A stretch of DNA of 63,903 bases, filler included, from Collodictyon triciliatum (Eukaryota): NCBI GenBank assembly GCA_043381765.1. It is 5 parts of 5 records of this genome, joined end to end, with 100 filler letters (N's around TTAATTAATTAA, not from the genome) between each part and the next. Parts side by side here need not be neighbours in the genome. Positions count along the whole stretch, not along the records: positions 26,469 to 39,584 come from JBHJMP010002050.1; positions 39,685 to 52,780 come from JBHJMP010002051.1; 3 more parts are not named here. One strand, 5' to 3'. Position 1 is the stretch's first letter. Every line of letters begins with the position of its first letter. The notes below the pieces were generated by a model. That model had not been told where the DNA came from, did no database searches, and was given only the letters and a program-made list of their open reading frames with translations. The translations under genes were made by a program, and so were the position numbers. This document shows positions 29,491 to 42,449 of this stretch, in pieces.

Positions 29491-31443
29491 ATGCAAACCT
29501 CCCAGCGCGCTTCCAAACCGCCTCCGTCGATTCCGCGACGTCCGAGTCCGTCTCCTTCCACCCCGCTCTCTGTCTCGCGTCCCTTTGACTTTGTGTCAGA
29601 CTCAGCCTTGGATCGCCGTTTTCTGATGCAGACACCGCGCCAACCTTGCGAGGCTGACCGTCTAGAAGCTGTGGGGGACGCGCAGGTCAGACACTCAGAA
29701 ACGCAAACAGAAAAAAAGCGTTCTTTTTTTTCAATTTTCTCTTGTCTTTTTGTCCTTTTTGTCCTTTTTGTCTTTTTGTCTTTTCTCTTCTCTTCTCTTC
29801 CCTTCCGTTCCCTTCTCTTCCGTTCCCTTCTCTTCCGTTCCCTTCTCTTCCCTTCTCTTCCCTTCTCTTCCCTTCTCTTCCCTTCTCTTCCCTTCTCTTC
29901 CCTTCTCTTCCCTTCTCTTCTATGGCAGAATGGTTGTTTTTCATACTGCATTTTTTTTTTTGGCTATCCACCAAACTCCCAGATTTTTAAATTTAAGGAA
30001 TGTCTTATTTTCCAACCAAACATACTGTTTCTGTTTGGTCATAATTTCATAGATTATTTATGTATCTATTTTTGAGCTGTTAGTATATTCTGATTGTCCG
30101 AAACTCTGGGTATGTTGACTCCTATTACGCAGATGCTCTTCTACAGAGTTAAAGGAATTTCCCCAGGCCGAAATCCATCCCCAACAGGACCAATTCGCCG
30201 GATTGGAGGAAACGCATCAGAATTTTGTAATGGATATTTCTCTCGTGCAAATCATTCACCTGCGTTGTCTATAAAAATCAATTATCAAATAGATTATTTA
30301 ATTCTACTCCTGATAAACTTTCTTTACGATTAATACTTTTTTCATTTTAAATCCTCTTATGATAGTACCTTACCATATTGTGTTTACAAATAATAATAAT
30401 AATAATAATAATAATAATCACTAATATACTCTTGAAATTTTGTGCTGACCATGATTTTTTTTTCTAGCGCATCAGTCTCCCCCGCGGTCATCTGCTGCGA
30501 CAAATGGGACATTCACGCAGCCGCTATCCTATTCTGTAAATCCGGACACAAGATTGATTGATCGTTCATCATCCGCTAGAAACTCCCCTCAGAGATTCGC
30601 TCTCGATCCTGTTGCTTCAATCTCGCGTCCCAGTAATTCTCCGGTAACATCCATTAATCGGCTTTCCAGCTGTGATTCAAATAGGTTTGATATGTCTCCA
30701 TTGAGCCGAGATGGCCGGGCGTCTGTGGAATACGACAGAATCAAACTATCTCCGAACCAAGTTTGTGCTCCCAATAATTTTTTTCTTACAAAAAAAGTAA
30801 ATTTTCGTTATTTTTAATATAAAAGTTGATTAACATATTTACTGCCTATCCTACTTCTCTTTTGTAAAAACTACGAGCCGCGTGCACTCTTATCATTTCT
30901 GGCTCAGTTTTTAATTATTTTTTGAACCGTTCACCACCTATCAAAGGAGAGGATTGTTCAATGGATTCTCTCTATTGGAATCCCTTTACCGAAGCCCTCT
31001 GGTCCCTCATACACAACTGTTGATATCGGTGAATTATTTCGGGATGGTATTACAAAGATACAGCCATTGATGCAATATTTTAATGACCCCCCCCCCCCCC
31101 CCCCCGTTTGGATGTTTCTCATCATTGTTATCGTATAATTTGCTATTTTATTCCTCCAAAGTACTTTTTTTCAAAACTACCTATCACAAGTCCATTTTTA
31201 TCCGATTAAATGAAAAAAAATACTTTCAAGGTGTTCGGCTTTGTAAAACAGTTCAGATATTAGACCGATATTGTAACATTACTGGGATTCATGAAATTCC
31301 AAAGACAAAAGCAGCGGCATTAGCAAATATCAACAAAGCATTAGAGGTACAGCGTCAGTTGACTTTGCATATTTACGAAAATATTAGAACCAAGATGTTA
31401 AATTCATAAAGTAGATGGGTATTATGTTATCCTTTTTTTTTAA

Positions 31444-31496
<53 letters not shown>

Positions 31497-32606
31497 TTTT
31501 CCCAGGTTCTGAGGCATCGCCCTAGAATGCCCCTCAATAATTTATTTACTTCAAGCGAGATAGTGGAGGGGAATGGTAGTATAGTCTTAAGTCTCCTTGA
31601 AGATATTCGGCAGGTATTCCCAAAAAAAAAAAAATTTAAAATTTTTCTGAAATATCGTGTATCAGCGGAATGAAATTGAAAGCAAGAGCAGTGCCAACAA
31701 AATATAACCTAACCCATACACAGCACTTTGTAGGGAAAAAGTTTGTTTCTGATGGTCGTGTATCACCTGCAGAGAAGATTCGTCCGAATTCGTAAGTTGA
31801 TTCAAGCATAAATTATCTTCACAATACTGAGGTTTGTCATTGTGGCAAATTTCATAGAAAATAACACCCTGGCTCAACTGAATAATAATTTGCAATTGTA
31901 TGATATACTTGACATGAGAATTACTAATGATTACACTATCTCGATACATCAAAAACTTCCAATTGGATTCAATTGATACACATCGAACCTACAGAAACTC
32001 GATAAAATCACCACGACCTAATCTGCCTTCAGCCCTGACCCCTGAGCAGGAGCTTGAGTTAAGACAATGGCTACGGAGTTTATCGCTCCAGCATCCATAT
32101 TACAGTCGCACGGACAGGTAGGTTTTAAGTTAAAGCGATATCTCCTCGCTACACTTTGAATCGAATAAAGGAAAAAAGTTAAAGCGACATCTATGTATTT
32201 TGCATATATGTTATGTGAAATATCCATTTGGATCACCGTTTTCTTTTGTTTATATGCAAATAGAAACATGAACACCCTCGCAGACCCGTGGTTTAATGGA
32301 TATAACATATGTTATCTTGCAAGCCAGCTTGAGCAAATAGATATACCTGACGTTCAAAAACTTCCAGATACTAACACTCTCGCTCGAGGAAATTGGCAGA
32401 AAGCAATTAGCGTTTTTCGTCGAAGAGGATTACCACTCCATTACTTTGATAATGTCGCTCACATACTTAAGGTTATTGCCAACACAAATTATGTAGTCCT
32501 ACGAGTTTGTCCTTTTCCCTCTCTCCTTCTGATATTCTATCTGAAGGTCGATATGATTATATCAGAAATGTAAGAATGGCTTATGATGCCCTGTATTTCA
32601 TTATGT

Positions 32607-32682
<76 letters not shown>

Positions 32683-32706
32683 NNNNNNNNNNNNNNNNNN
32701 NGCTGC

Positions 32707-32800
<94 letters not shown>

Positions 32801-35538
32801 CTCAAAATGAAAAATTGTTTGTCCCAGAATCGTCCGAACCATGAGATATGTATTATCATTAAAAAAAGGATATTTTTTATATTAACAATAGGGAGATGGA
32901 GATATTTTATTATCACTACTTTGCGACATACGGTTGTTATATAAACAACCTTTAGCAGATATTAACTATCACACTAAAGAGGTAACTAAAGATTTGAATC
33001 AAATTCGCCGACTTGAGGAAGAACGTATACAAGTAAATTGTTAATACGACATGTCCACTCCAACTTTATGTTTTGCCTCCAAATAAGTAGCATACATAAT
33101 GCGAACCTTTACACCCACTATCCCCTGTCATTTATATCATTCATTTTATTTTTATTTTTTGCTGCTTCGATTTGATTTAGATGTCTTTGTTATCCTGGCT
33201 GAGCAACACTGGATTACTTCCCAAGCCAAATATCCCCTTCACGACAGTCATTCAAATGGTATCAATTTTTTTTTTTAATAGACAGCACACCTAGTAAATA
33301 AACGCCAATCTTCAAAAACTGATAAAGTTCATATCCTAATCCTGATCATTGTTCCATAAATGATACTAAAATAGATGAAGACTGGTGTTCTATTGTGTGA
33401 CATTGTCGAGCTTATAGAGAACAAGAAGATTGTTGGGGTTTTCAGACCTCCAAAAACACCGGGGACTTGCCTATCAAACATAAACAAAGCCTTTAATATT
33501 CTCTTGCAAAAAAGGAATATGGGTCGAAGATTTCTAAGGTATATGTACATCAAGGCGATATGCTACTTGAATGCATATTTGATAGAAATACGCGCTTTAC
33601 TTCAAATAATTCTTTAATATAATTGTGGGCTGAGCTTTCGCTCCTAATATGTGCCATTGACATATTTTCAATTCTCATCTTATCTTACCTTATCTTTCCT
33701 CATCGAATTTAGTCATCCGAAAGAAATTGCTGAAGGGAGCCGCGACTTCATAATTGGTTTACTTGAAGATCTTCACCGAGTGTACGATGGAATTCCACCA
33801 CGCCCATCAGTTCCAAAACCTGATGAGCGCGCATACTTTGGGAAAGAAGTAAGTTATCATTCTTTCTATCCTTGCAATACATCACTCTTCAAAACTGTAA
33901 GTTTCATGTATGATATAATATCAATTCACGTATCAACTGTATTACTTTGTCAAATTGACATCATCGCCTCCAAAATGTATATCATGTAATATAATTTTTC
34001 CTTTATTCGATTCATAATGTAATATGATATGATGTAACTGATAGAACGAGAGTCAGTTCATCGAGCAGAACGAAGTCTCAAACCCTGTGACCGCGGAGGA
34101 ATTAGCCCTGAATTATATATCTGGGCGGTCAGTCTCACCGCAAACCTTTGAGGCCATCAAGAGAGTTATATCATCCAATACTAAATCGACACAGGATACC
34201 GATCGAAATAACTGTGCTCCCAATCGCTCAATTCCATACAATCATGAACATGGTTGGGTGAGCCCAAACATATCACACCACACTCCAACAACAAAGTATG
34301 GTAAGTATAGCCAGATAATTTTTTTAAAATAAAAAACAGCTGCTTTTGAGTTTGGACACATTACATGATGAACTCGTTTGTGAACTAATCATCAATTTAT
34401 ATCTGATTTGCATGAACAATTCCAATTCAATTAAAGTAAGAGAGAGTGATAATTCTCACGGCTTGGAATATGATTATCCGATAACGTCGCCTCCGAAAGA
34501 TATTCCAGCTACACAGCATAATCCTATGAATTATGCAGTGTGTGTTTATACGCATCGCGTTTTCACCCTCTCAATATCTTGTTATTCGTCGGATTCATTT
34601 AAGCCATATTGAATGGTCTTTCGAAATAACCTTCACTATTATTGTATTCATTTTCTCTCTTTCAAAAACTGCACCCAATGCATTATTTGTTTAATTGCGC
34701 TTTATTTACTTATATTAGAGCCATGCCGAACAAGATGAATATCAACCTACAATGTCATTCTTGAACATCCCTTCACATGAAAAGGTATCACTGATCAGAT
34801 GGATCCAATCGAATGGTATCAAGCTTACATCGCAACATATCTTTGACGAGCCGATAATTGATGACTTTAAAGATGGGGTAAAATTACACCCTATCGCTAT
34901 TGTATGCACTTGTGCATCTTGGACTTTTCATTATTATTTTTTTTAATATCGCTCAAGGAAGTTTCTTTAGCTGAATCATTCAATATCTCGTAATGATAAT
35001 CTCATGTCATCACATAATTTTACCTTTGTTAAAATTGATGAATTACACAGCTAACTATCGCATACTTATCTTTGTAGGTATTTATGTGTCAATTGCTTGA
35101 AAAATTAGAACACCAAGTAATATCTTACACAAAAAAGCCAAAATCCCCTGCTAGCTATTTATTCAATATCAATAAGGCACTGGAAATCCTTCGTAGCAAG
35201 CGAGTATGATTCCAACACTCAATTGCCCGCATTGATAATATTTATGCCTATGAATTCCATGTGCATACCCATCCCTTCAAGCATTGGTCGGTACATTCTA
35301 ACTTTCCATTTCTTTTCCCCTTTCTTTATGTCATCTTCGTGTCGCGCATGCGCCTTAGACGATGCCTCTTGATTATCTTTGGTCAGCTGAAGAAATCCGC
35401 TCCGGACACGCCGATGTTATTGTCCCGTTGCTACTCCAAATCAAAAAAATATACCAGGCTAAATCACAACCACCTCCGCGTGGTGTACTTCGTCGTTCTC
35501 AATCACTCACCTCTCCCATACGGCCGCCTTCTTATTAA
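29491..35538 (+). CDS. Protein with four calponin-homology (CH) domains and Ser/Pro-rich linkers; multi-exon
   Basis: Four CH-like units: FRDGVRLCKTV...NINKALE; WFNGYNICYLA...NWQKAI; MKTGVLLCDIV...NINKAF; FKDGVFMCQLL...NINKALE. Each is followed by an I-x-x-G...LL-x-(D/Q) helix. Stop TAA 35536-35538. Confidence 0.82.
29784..29920. repeat. Polypyrimidine (CTCTTCCCTT)-type tandem repeat, intronic
   Basis: Direct inspection. Confidence 0.85.
32127..32192 (+). mobile_element. Retroposon 3'-end stub, family A, with 17-bp TSD
   Basis: aagttaaagcgaYatct at 32127-32143 and 32176-32192 flanks CCTCGCTACACTTTGAATCGAATAAAGGAAAA. Confidence 0.78.
32610..32800. repeat. (TTTA)n and (GTT)n microsatellites around a small gap
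   Basis: Direct inspection. Confidence 0.9.
33984..34028 (-). mobile_element. Retroposon 3'-end stub, family A, with ~12-bp TSD
   Basis: atgtaatatRat is duplicated around TTTTCCTTTATTCGATTCATA. Confidence 0.6.
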
Positions 35539-35940
35539 AACTGAATGAGCCAATTCAGGCTGTATATAATTCTTTCATGAATATCTCGAACCCCTGTGAT
35601 GCCCTTCGTTGCGGGACGATGAGCGATGGTCTCGGATTTTTCACAATAATTCGAGACGGCCAATTCCAATCGAGTTGAATCCATTCACTTTTATTTGCGC
35701 AAGCTGAAAGGGATAATAGAAACAATAGTAAGTCAACTCCTTTCACACCCTATCAACTCAACTCAAACCAAACCAGAAGCGAGTCACGTACTCCCCGCAA
35801 ACCCAAAGACTCAAAGAAAGGGAAAAAAAGCGAGCCCAATAACGAAGGCAAATCAGGATAAACCAAATACAACCCTCCTCGATCGCAACTCCGACTCAAC
35901 AAAACGGTCAATAGAAGAAGTACCCGGCTGCGATCAGGAC

Positions 35941-38900
35941 ATGGAAAGTCCGCCAAGATTCTACACATCAAAGGACATCTTCCCGGAGAGAATCCGGGTG
36001 TTTGGTCCGTCCTTCTCTTGCGACAAGCCGCTGCGTCTGGGAGAAACACTGGACGATCTGCTCGGCACTCTGCACAGCCTGATCCTGGCTGAACGCGCAC
36101 CCAAGCAGGTCACGCTTGCAGGCGTTGGAAAGCACCGGGAAGGAGGCAGCGCGCACTTGTTTGCAACTTATGCAGAGTCCATCCACACGCTTGAGGTAGC
36201 GCCGCTCGTTGGCCCACATCCGCACCTTTTGCTGCATCACCAAACGCGTTGGACTGCCTCGACAAGCTGCGAAGACGGCTTTCTGCTGACATACTTGCAA
36301 ATCCCCTCCCACACTCAGAGCATTGCTGAGTCAGTGGCAAAGCAAGAGACATATGCGCTCGCTCCAGACGTCTGGGTGCGCGTGGCCCGGGCTCTGGCCA
36401 AGGTCCTTGTTCACTTCCATGCCTGTGGAGTGGTCCGTGTGGCCTTTTCTGTGCATACGGTTCGCCTTTCTCACAGCGGATGGGTTTCTGTCCACTGGCT
36501 CCCAACAAAAGTTCAGGATTGTGATTCCCCTGCTGGTCAAACCTCCCATGCCAAAGCGCAGAGTGCATTTGACTTGAGCATGGCGGAGCTGGTGCTTGCC
36601 GGGGCTGTTCAAGGGTCGGAAAGAGTCCTGGATGTCTCGAATCTACTCCGCTTTCTTGTTCATATTGCGACAAAGCACAGTCGATGGGAACTGTTCGCTG
36701 GGCCGTCGAGCGCGACTGTGTTGGACAAAAAGTCCATCGAGGATAGTCTAATCCCGAGGCATTTCAAAGATCTTCTTCTGACCCTTGTAAGATTGCCCAT
36801 GTTTCCTTCTTCCTTGGAACTATCTGATGCTTTTCAAAAGATTGGCGAGTGGGAAATCTCCTCCGAACAACGCAGTTACATCCCTTGGATTGAGAGAATA
36901 CGTGCTAACTTCATCCCTAGTCAATTTATTGATTTCATTGCAAAGACATCTATTTCTGTAAAAGATTTTGTTAGTCTAGACGAAAGGCAGATACGAGCTA
37001 TCCATCCCGCCTTGTTTAGTTTTTTGATAAAGAGATTATGTCTTCTCCAAGACGAATTGAAGGTAAGCTGCCTAGAAATATAATGAAATGTTGAATGTTC
37101 TCTGTTTTTTTTTTCTTTTTTCTTTTTTTTTGTCTTTTGCTCTTTATTTATTGCCCTTCATTGCCCCCCCCCCCCCCCCCCCCTTATTCGTTTCAAGGGA
37201 AGGAATTCTATATGTCCTTCATTTTAATTTTTAGTATTTATTAATTAATATAATCCAACCCTTTCAATATTTTTTAGAACATGATTGGATATAGCCTGGA
37301 AGAGGGCGCTCTGAGTGAAATGAATTCGCCCATTTCTTTTCATCGAAGACGCGCTGTATATCAGGCCCAGGTACAGGCACAGGATGGACACGAACGTGGC
37401 ATTGTTGCTCTATGTATGTGGCTGGTGAATTCAACATACGCTGGGCGCTATGATTCAAAGTCAAAATTTCAACCAATAGAGAAATCTGTCGTGACTGCCG
37501 AATCCATCGATTTATTAAAGTCATTGGCTCAAAAAGGTTCCTTATTAGCTGCGCTGGGCTTGGTACATCTCGGAATTGACAAGGACATATTAAATGAAAG
37601 CCTCGCCAATAGGGGACATATCCAAAGTCTAGAAACTCAAGGATTTGCATATCATTCGGCTATGTTGGGCAGCATTACTGCTCTTAAGAAAGTTATATCT
37701 GACGAAACGAAGCAAGTTTCAGATACCAATAAGGAGTCCTCCACCCCGTCAACCACCCCCAAAAACACGAAAAAGGGGAAACGAGTTTGCACGTCGACAA
37801 TCATATCATGGGCGATGAGCAATCCATTGATTTTAGATTCAACATTAATAGGGATCGTAGGAGGCCGATTGCTACGTTTGGCTGCTGAACGTATCAACTC
37901 GGCCACACCGCAATCTCAGACTAACCAACTTAATATCAGTGACGTTATTCGTTTAATTAAACAAGCAGCATCAGAAAATAACGCAGACTCTCAATACCTC
38001 GCTTGTAAAGTGGATAGCTATATTAAAGGAGGGACGGTCCCCACATCTCAAAATGATGAGAATTATCGAGCGAAGGTACTTGCCCTCGTTGATGAAAGAA
38101 ATATGCGTGCCTGCTTCCGAGCAGCCATCTGGTATATGCGAGGCTTACATATATCTGGTCAGCTAAATATTGACGAAATCAAAGCAAAGGAATTGATTCA
38201 ACTCGCTGCTGCAAACGGGGTTATGAAAGCTAAGATGTATCTAGGAGTTCTATTCTATGAAGGAATTGTGGTAAAAAAATCCCCAGATGTAGAAACAGCA
38301 TCAAAATACATGACAGAAGCTATATCATCAGGCCAGGTGCATGTTATCTCAGGATTGACTGTTCAACAATCTACGGAAGACATCCTCCTTGGAGCTATTT
38401 ACGATTTAGCCGAGGGTCGCTTTAAGGCATCCTTTTATCGCTGTTTTTTTGTCCTGGCTGCTTCGAAGACCCTGAAAACACACATGCCCAACTTTCAGGG
38501 AACGAGTTTGGCTGCTTTGATTTTGCGATCTGTATTCTGTTACTCTCCTTACCTTATTCCACGCCCTCGGGGTAATGACCCCTTTGATTCCTTAAGGGCC
38601 CTGGCAAAGTCTAGCCCGCAGACAGATCGAGATGCAACTCTCTCCTTACTGACCAAATGGGCAGAGGCTGGGGCTTCTCAGAATACTAAACGTGGATGGA
38701 TGTGCGTCACGATGTTAGGCTATTACTATTCATGGGCTCAAGACAATCATAAAGCTGCCTCTGTTCATTACGTTCGTGCTGCAGAATCAGGAAATCCACA
38801 TGCGATGAATATGAGCGGATTCTGCTTCTTCAATGATTTTGGACCGAGTTCTGGTCTCTCTGTAGATAAGGCTACTGCCTTTAAATGGTTCTCTCTCGGT

Positions 38901-39179
38901 GCCGATCACGGGCATACTTGGGCAATCGCAAACACTGCTTTATGCCACGAAAATGGAGAAGGGACCCCACAAGATTACAACAGGGCTTTTGAACTGTATC
39001 AAAAGGCGGCAAACCAGGGACTCCCAAATGCGTACGTAGCTTGCGCAAGGTTGTTGGAGGAGAAAAGAGTTGTCCTAGAAAACAGTGACGAACTCATCAC
39101 GACTTTCTATCGTCGTGCCAGCACTGCTGGTAATCAATCAGCAATTGGTGCGATTGAGAAGTCAAAGAAGTCCAACTGA
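35941..39179 (+). CDS. Degenerate kinase-fold (pseudokinase) + SAM-like segment + Sel1-like repeats; two exons (intron 37063-37278)
   Basis: Long ORFs 35695-37083 and 37281-39179 are joined in phase 0 by AAG|GTAAGC...TTTTAG|AAC. Clear SLRs (AFKWFSLGADHGHTWAIANTALCHENGEGTPQDYNRAFELYQKAANQG). Kinase alphaE-like VARALAKVLVHFHACGVV lacks HRD. First in-frame ATG at 35941. Confidence 0.75.
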
Positions 39180-39504
39180 CCTAAACTGCCGAAGAGAGGA
39201 GGTGTCAGCGATGACAAACAGAAATGGCTCCAAAGTCCAAATAAAAAAGAATGAGAATGACATTAATGTCTGATATGAGTCGGTATGTGTCTGGTGCAAC
39301 AATAATTTGTTTAGAATTGTACTTATTTTATCACTCCAGTAGGTGATACCTGGCCTGTTGGCTAGTTTGTCAGGGCATATCCTGTGTGTTTGAAATATTA
39401 GATGCAAACGGCTGCGATTTCATCAGAAAAGGCGTCGGGGAGAGGGACGAGGACCATAAGTTATGTCGGGCCTAGTTTGTACTCCCCTGTTGTGTGACAC
39501 TCAC

Positions 39505-39584
39505 CGAAGGCGTATCAATGTTGCTTGATGTACTTTGAATCGAATAAAAGGGGGGGGGGGGGGGGGGGGGAAAAAAACAAAAAA
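39505..39584 (+). mobile_element. Family A retroposon 3' end at the contig terminus; 5' extent unknown
   Basis: ...GTACTTTGAATCGAATAAAAG followed by a poly-G run and an A-rich tail, running to the contig end. Confidence 0.55.
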
Positions 39585-39684
39585 NNNNNNNNNNNNNNNN
39601 NNNNNNNNNNNNNNNNNNNNNNNNNNNNTTAATTAATTAANNNNNNNNNNNNNNNNNNNNNNNNNNNNNNNNNNNNNNNNNNNN
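39585..39684. other. Artificial contig spacer
   Basis: N44-TTAATTAATTAA-N44. Confidence 0.97.
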
Positions 39685-40606
39685 TGTGTTTTTATTTTGT
39701 TTTTATTTTTGTTTTTATTTTTGTTTTTATTTTTGTTTTTATTTTTGTTTTTATTTTTGTTTTTATTTTTGTTTTTTGCTAGTTTTTGCTCTGAAATCTT
39801 ATGCTGTCTCCCCATTCCTGTAGCCAGGCGCGGCTGCCGTGGAAGGGCGAAGCAGAGCAAACCACAGCACGCGCTATAAAGCATGTCGCCACGATGATCG
39901 CCGCAAGCAAATCATACCACAACCCAAAGATACTAAACAAAAGTCACGGTATTGTACGAATATAATCACTGGAATGATTTATTCCAATAATAGTACATGA
40001 GTTCGTTCATACTTCATTAAAAAATAACATATAAATTTTGCAACACATAATTTCCAGTTTTGTATATATCTTATATATGGCACTGCCTTCCTTATTAGAA
40101 CAGGTGACGAGTTGTGACGAATGCTTCGCTTCTTTAAGAGGAAGCCCCTTCGCCCAAAAGTGGTTTCCTGAAGACATATTGGGTATAGGAAATCCGCTTT
40201 TGTCGACACGTCTAAGACCACAGAAAAGGTTGGAGGCAAGAAGGAAAGTTATCGACATCAGGGTTTGTGGCACGTGGTCGAAGAAGGACGAGTCCTATGC
40301 CAGAGAGCTGTTGTAGCGGGCAGCCCCTTGAGAAGCTCTTAAGAAAGGAGAATTAAGAGAACAGAAAAAAAGAAAAAAGAAAGTTTGTTCAAAGAGGTAT
40401 CAAGCCTGCAATGTGGGTATGAGTAGCGAAGAACAAATCAAGCAGCCACCCTTCCACTCCACAGAAGCGAAGCACCCGAGCCCTTTGTTGGCAATGCCTT
40501 AGAAATATCTGGTGGAAAGTCGGCCAGCCCACTAGGGTCAGCTGAAATCTTTTCTACATTTTTGCTAAACTAGATTCGTATTGCAGAAGCCGGTGCGCCA
40601 GCAAGC

Positions 40607-41036
40607 ATGAGCAACAAACCGAGGAAAATCGAGGTTGAAGACCTGTGTCAGTCACCAGATGTAACACGCAACCCACCCGAAAAGCCTCGACTTCGCTACC
40701 GGCCACCGCCCCAACAATTGCTTGGCTCCTTCACAAACGCAACCAAGACTGGTTATGATGAAGACGAACTGGCCCACCAAAGTATTTTGTATAACAATTA
40801 TAATACCCATGTGAGTTTCCATAATCCCCTCCATCAATTCCGATTTTTCTTTTTATTCTGATTTCACTTGTTATAATTATTTATAATCGGCCTATTTCAA
40901 TCCATCGCCAGAAAAAAATTGAGGTAAGGGAAAAATAACCCTGAAAAGAAGACAATAATAATAATAAAATAAAATAAAGGTTCTGGAGAGAATCCAAGAG
41001 ATACTACAAAGCGATGCAATGGAGGACGAAGCTTAG
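40607..41036 (+). CDS. Small (~90 aa) hypothetical protein; 3 exons including a 12-nt microexon
   Basis: ATG 40607; exons 40607-40810, 40912-40923 (KKIE) and 40980-41036, all with canonical phase-0 GT-AG junctions. Confidence 0.5.
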
Positions 41037-42174
41037 ACAACAAAAAAGGAGAAAAAGGGGGACATTCATCAATGTTCCTGTACTTTTTTCTTTCCGAGTG
41101 AGCCTCTGACACACCAAAAGTCCTAAGTAAAACACCTCTGAAGATTCCTCAGCCAACTCTTTTTTTTTCAATGCGCAGTCTTCTTCCATCAGCCATCAAG
41201 TTGATTTATATATTCCTCTCAACTTTGATTTCCGTAGTCTTGCTGCTTTTTTTTTTCCTTCCCCTTTCCTTCGACTAAAGGATTTGACATTCAAAAGTTT
41301 AAAGAGGATGTCATGTGAATAAAGCTATTTAAAAGTATGCATCGTTACTCGGTCTTGCATCTGTGCGTTTGGATGGATGCTTCCATCGGCTCTGTGGTGT
41401 GTGCGGCCTTCGGACAAGGCATCAACCCAACCCGCCCTTGTTGAACCCATCCAATAAACACACAGCCAACGCTAGAGATAAACGTGCCGGGATATGACGT
41501 GAGGGATTCGTATGAAAACATGTGTGAGAGCTAAAATGCTTTTCTTTTTTCCCGTGGCGAACCATGATAACCATTATGATAATGAAAACAGTAATTATGT
41601 ATAACTTCCACATTTATTATGGACATTTTAATTCACGTTATGGGTCAGAATCGTACCGTTGAGCTTTTTCTCTTTTTTTTTTTCTTTTCTTTAATACAAT
41701 ATTAACACAGACTTCGACATGAATCACAGGAGAACGTTTATTACGTATCTTTTTAAGTGATATTAGAACGACACCATAAAGCATTATAGAACATATATTC
41801 AGGGCAACAGACGCAGCAGTCTTAAGACGATTGAAGGGTCAGCCTTGTTCTAATGTTCACCTTTTTATTTTGCCCCCATAAATCCTTTTGCTATCTTAGA
41901 CTCTTGGAACGGAACATAATATCGGTTTAGCTGAAAAGTGCCAGCAAGAAGAGCAATGAGGTAAGTCACTTAGGGGCCTATCTCGTCGAGCTCAAATCTC
42001 TTTTCTTTTTTTCTTTTTTTTTACTTAAAAACATCATCGGTGTTTATAGAGAAAGATCACACAGCTTTGCTGATTGTATTCAGACCAATATTCAGAAAAA
42101 TAAACTTATTAAAACGTTCTTCAAGTCACATGTTTTTAACATCCTAGCATTCAATTATTCATTTCTTTTCCTAG

Positions 42175-42372
42175 CAACCACAAAATCATTCATCCAACGG
42201 AGCAGCCTCCCCGCTCAGAAACACCGACTGTTGTAAACTCAACAAGGTAACTTTACCCACGCCAAACTTTATTATTATTTTATTGTTATTATTATTGTTG
42301 TTGCTATTGTTATTATTATTGTTATTATTATTGTTATTATTATTGTTATTATTATTGTTATTATTGTTATTA

Positions 42373-42449
<77 letters not shown>

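Noticed and set aside
35753-36673. Antisense and alternate-frame ORFs over the pseudokinase exon
   Set aside because: Expected shadow ORFs of GC-rich coding sequence.
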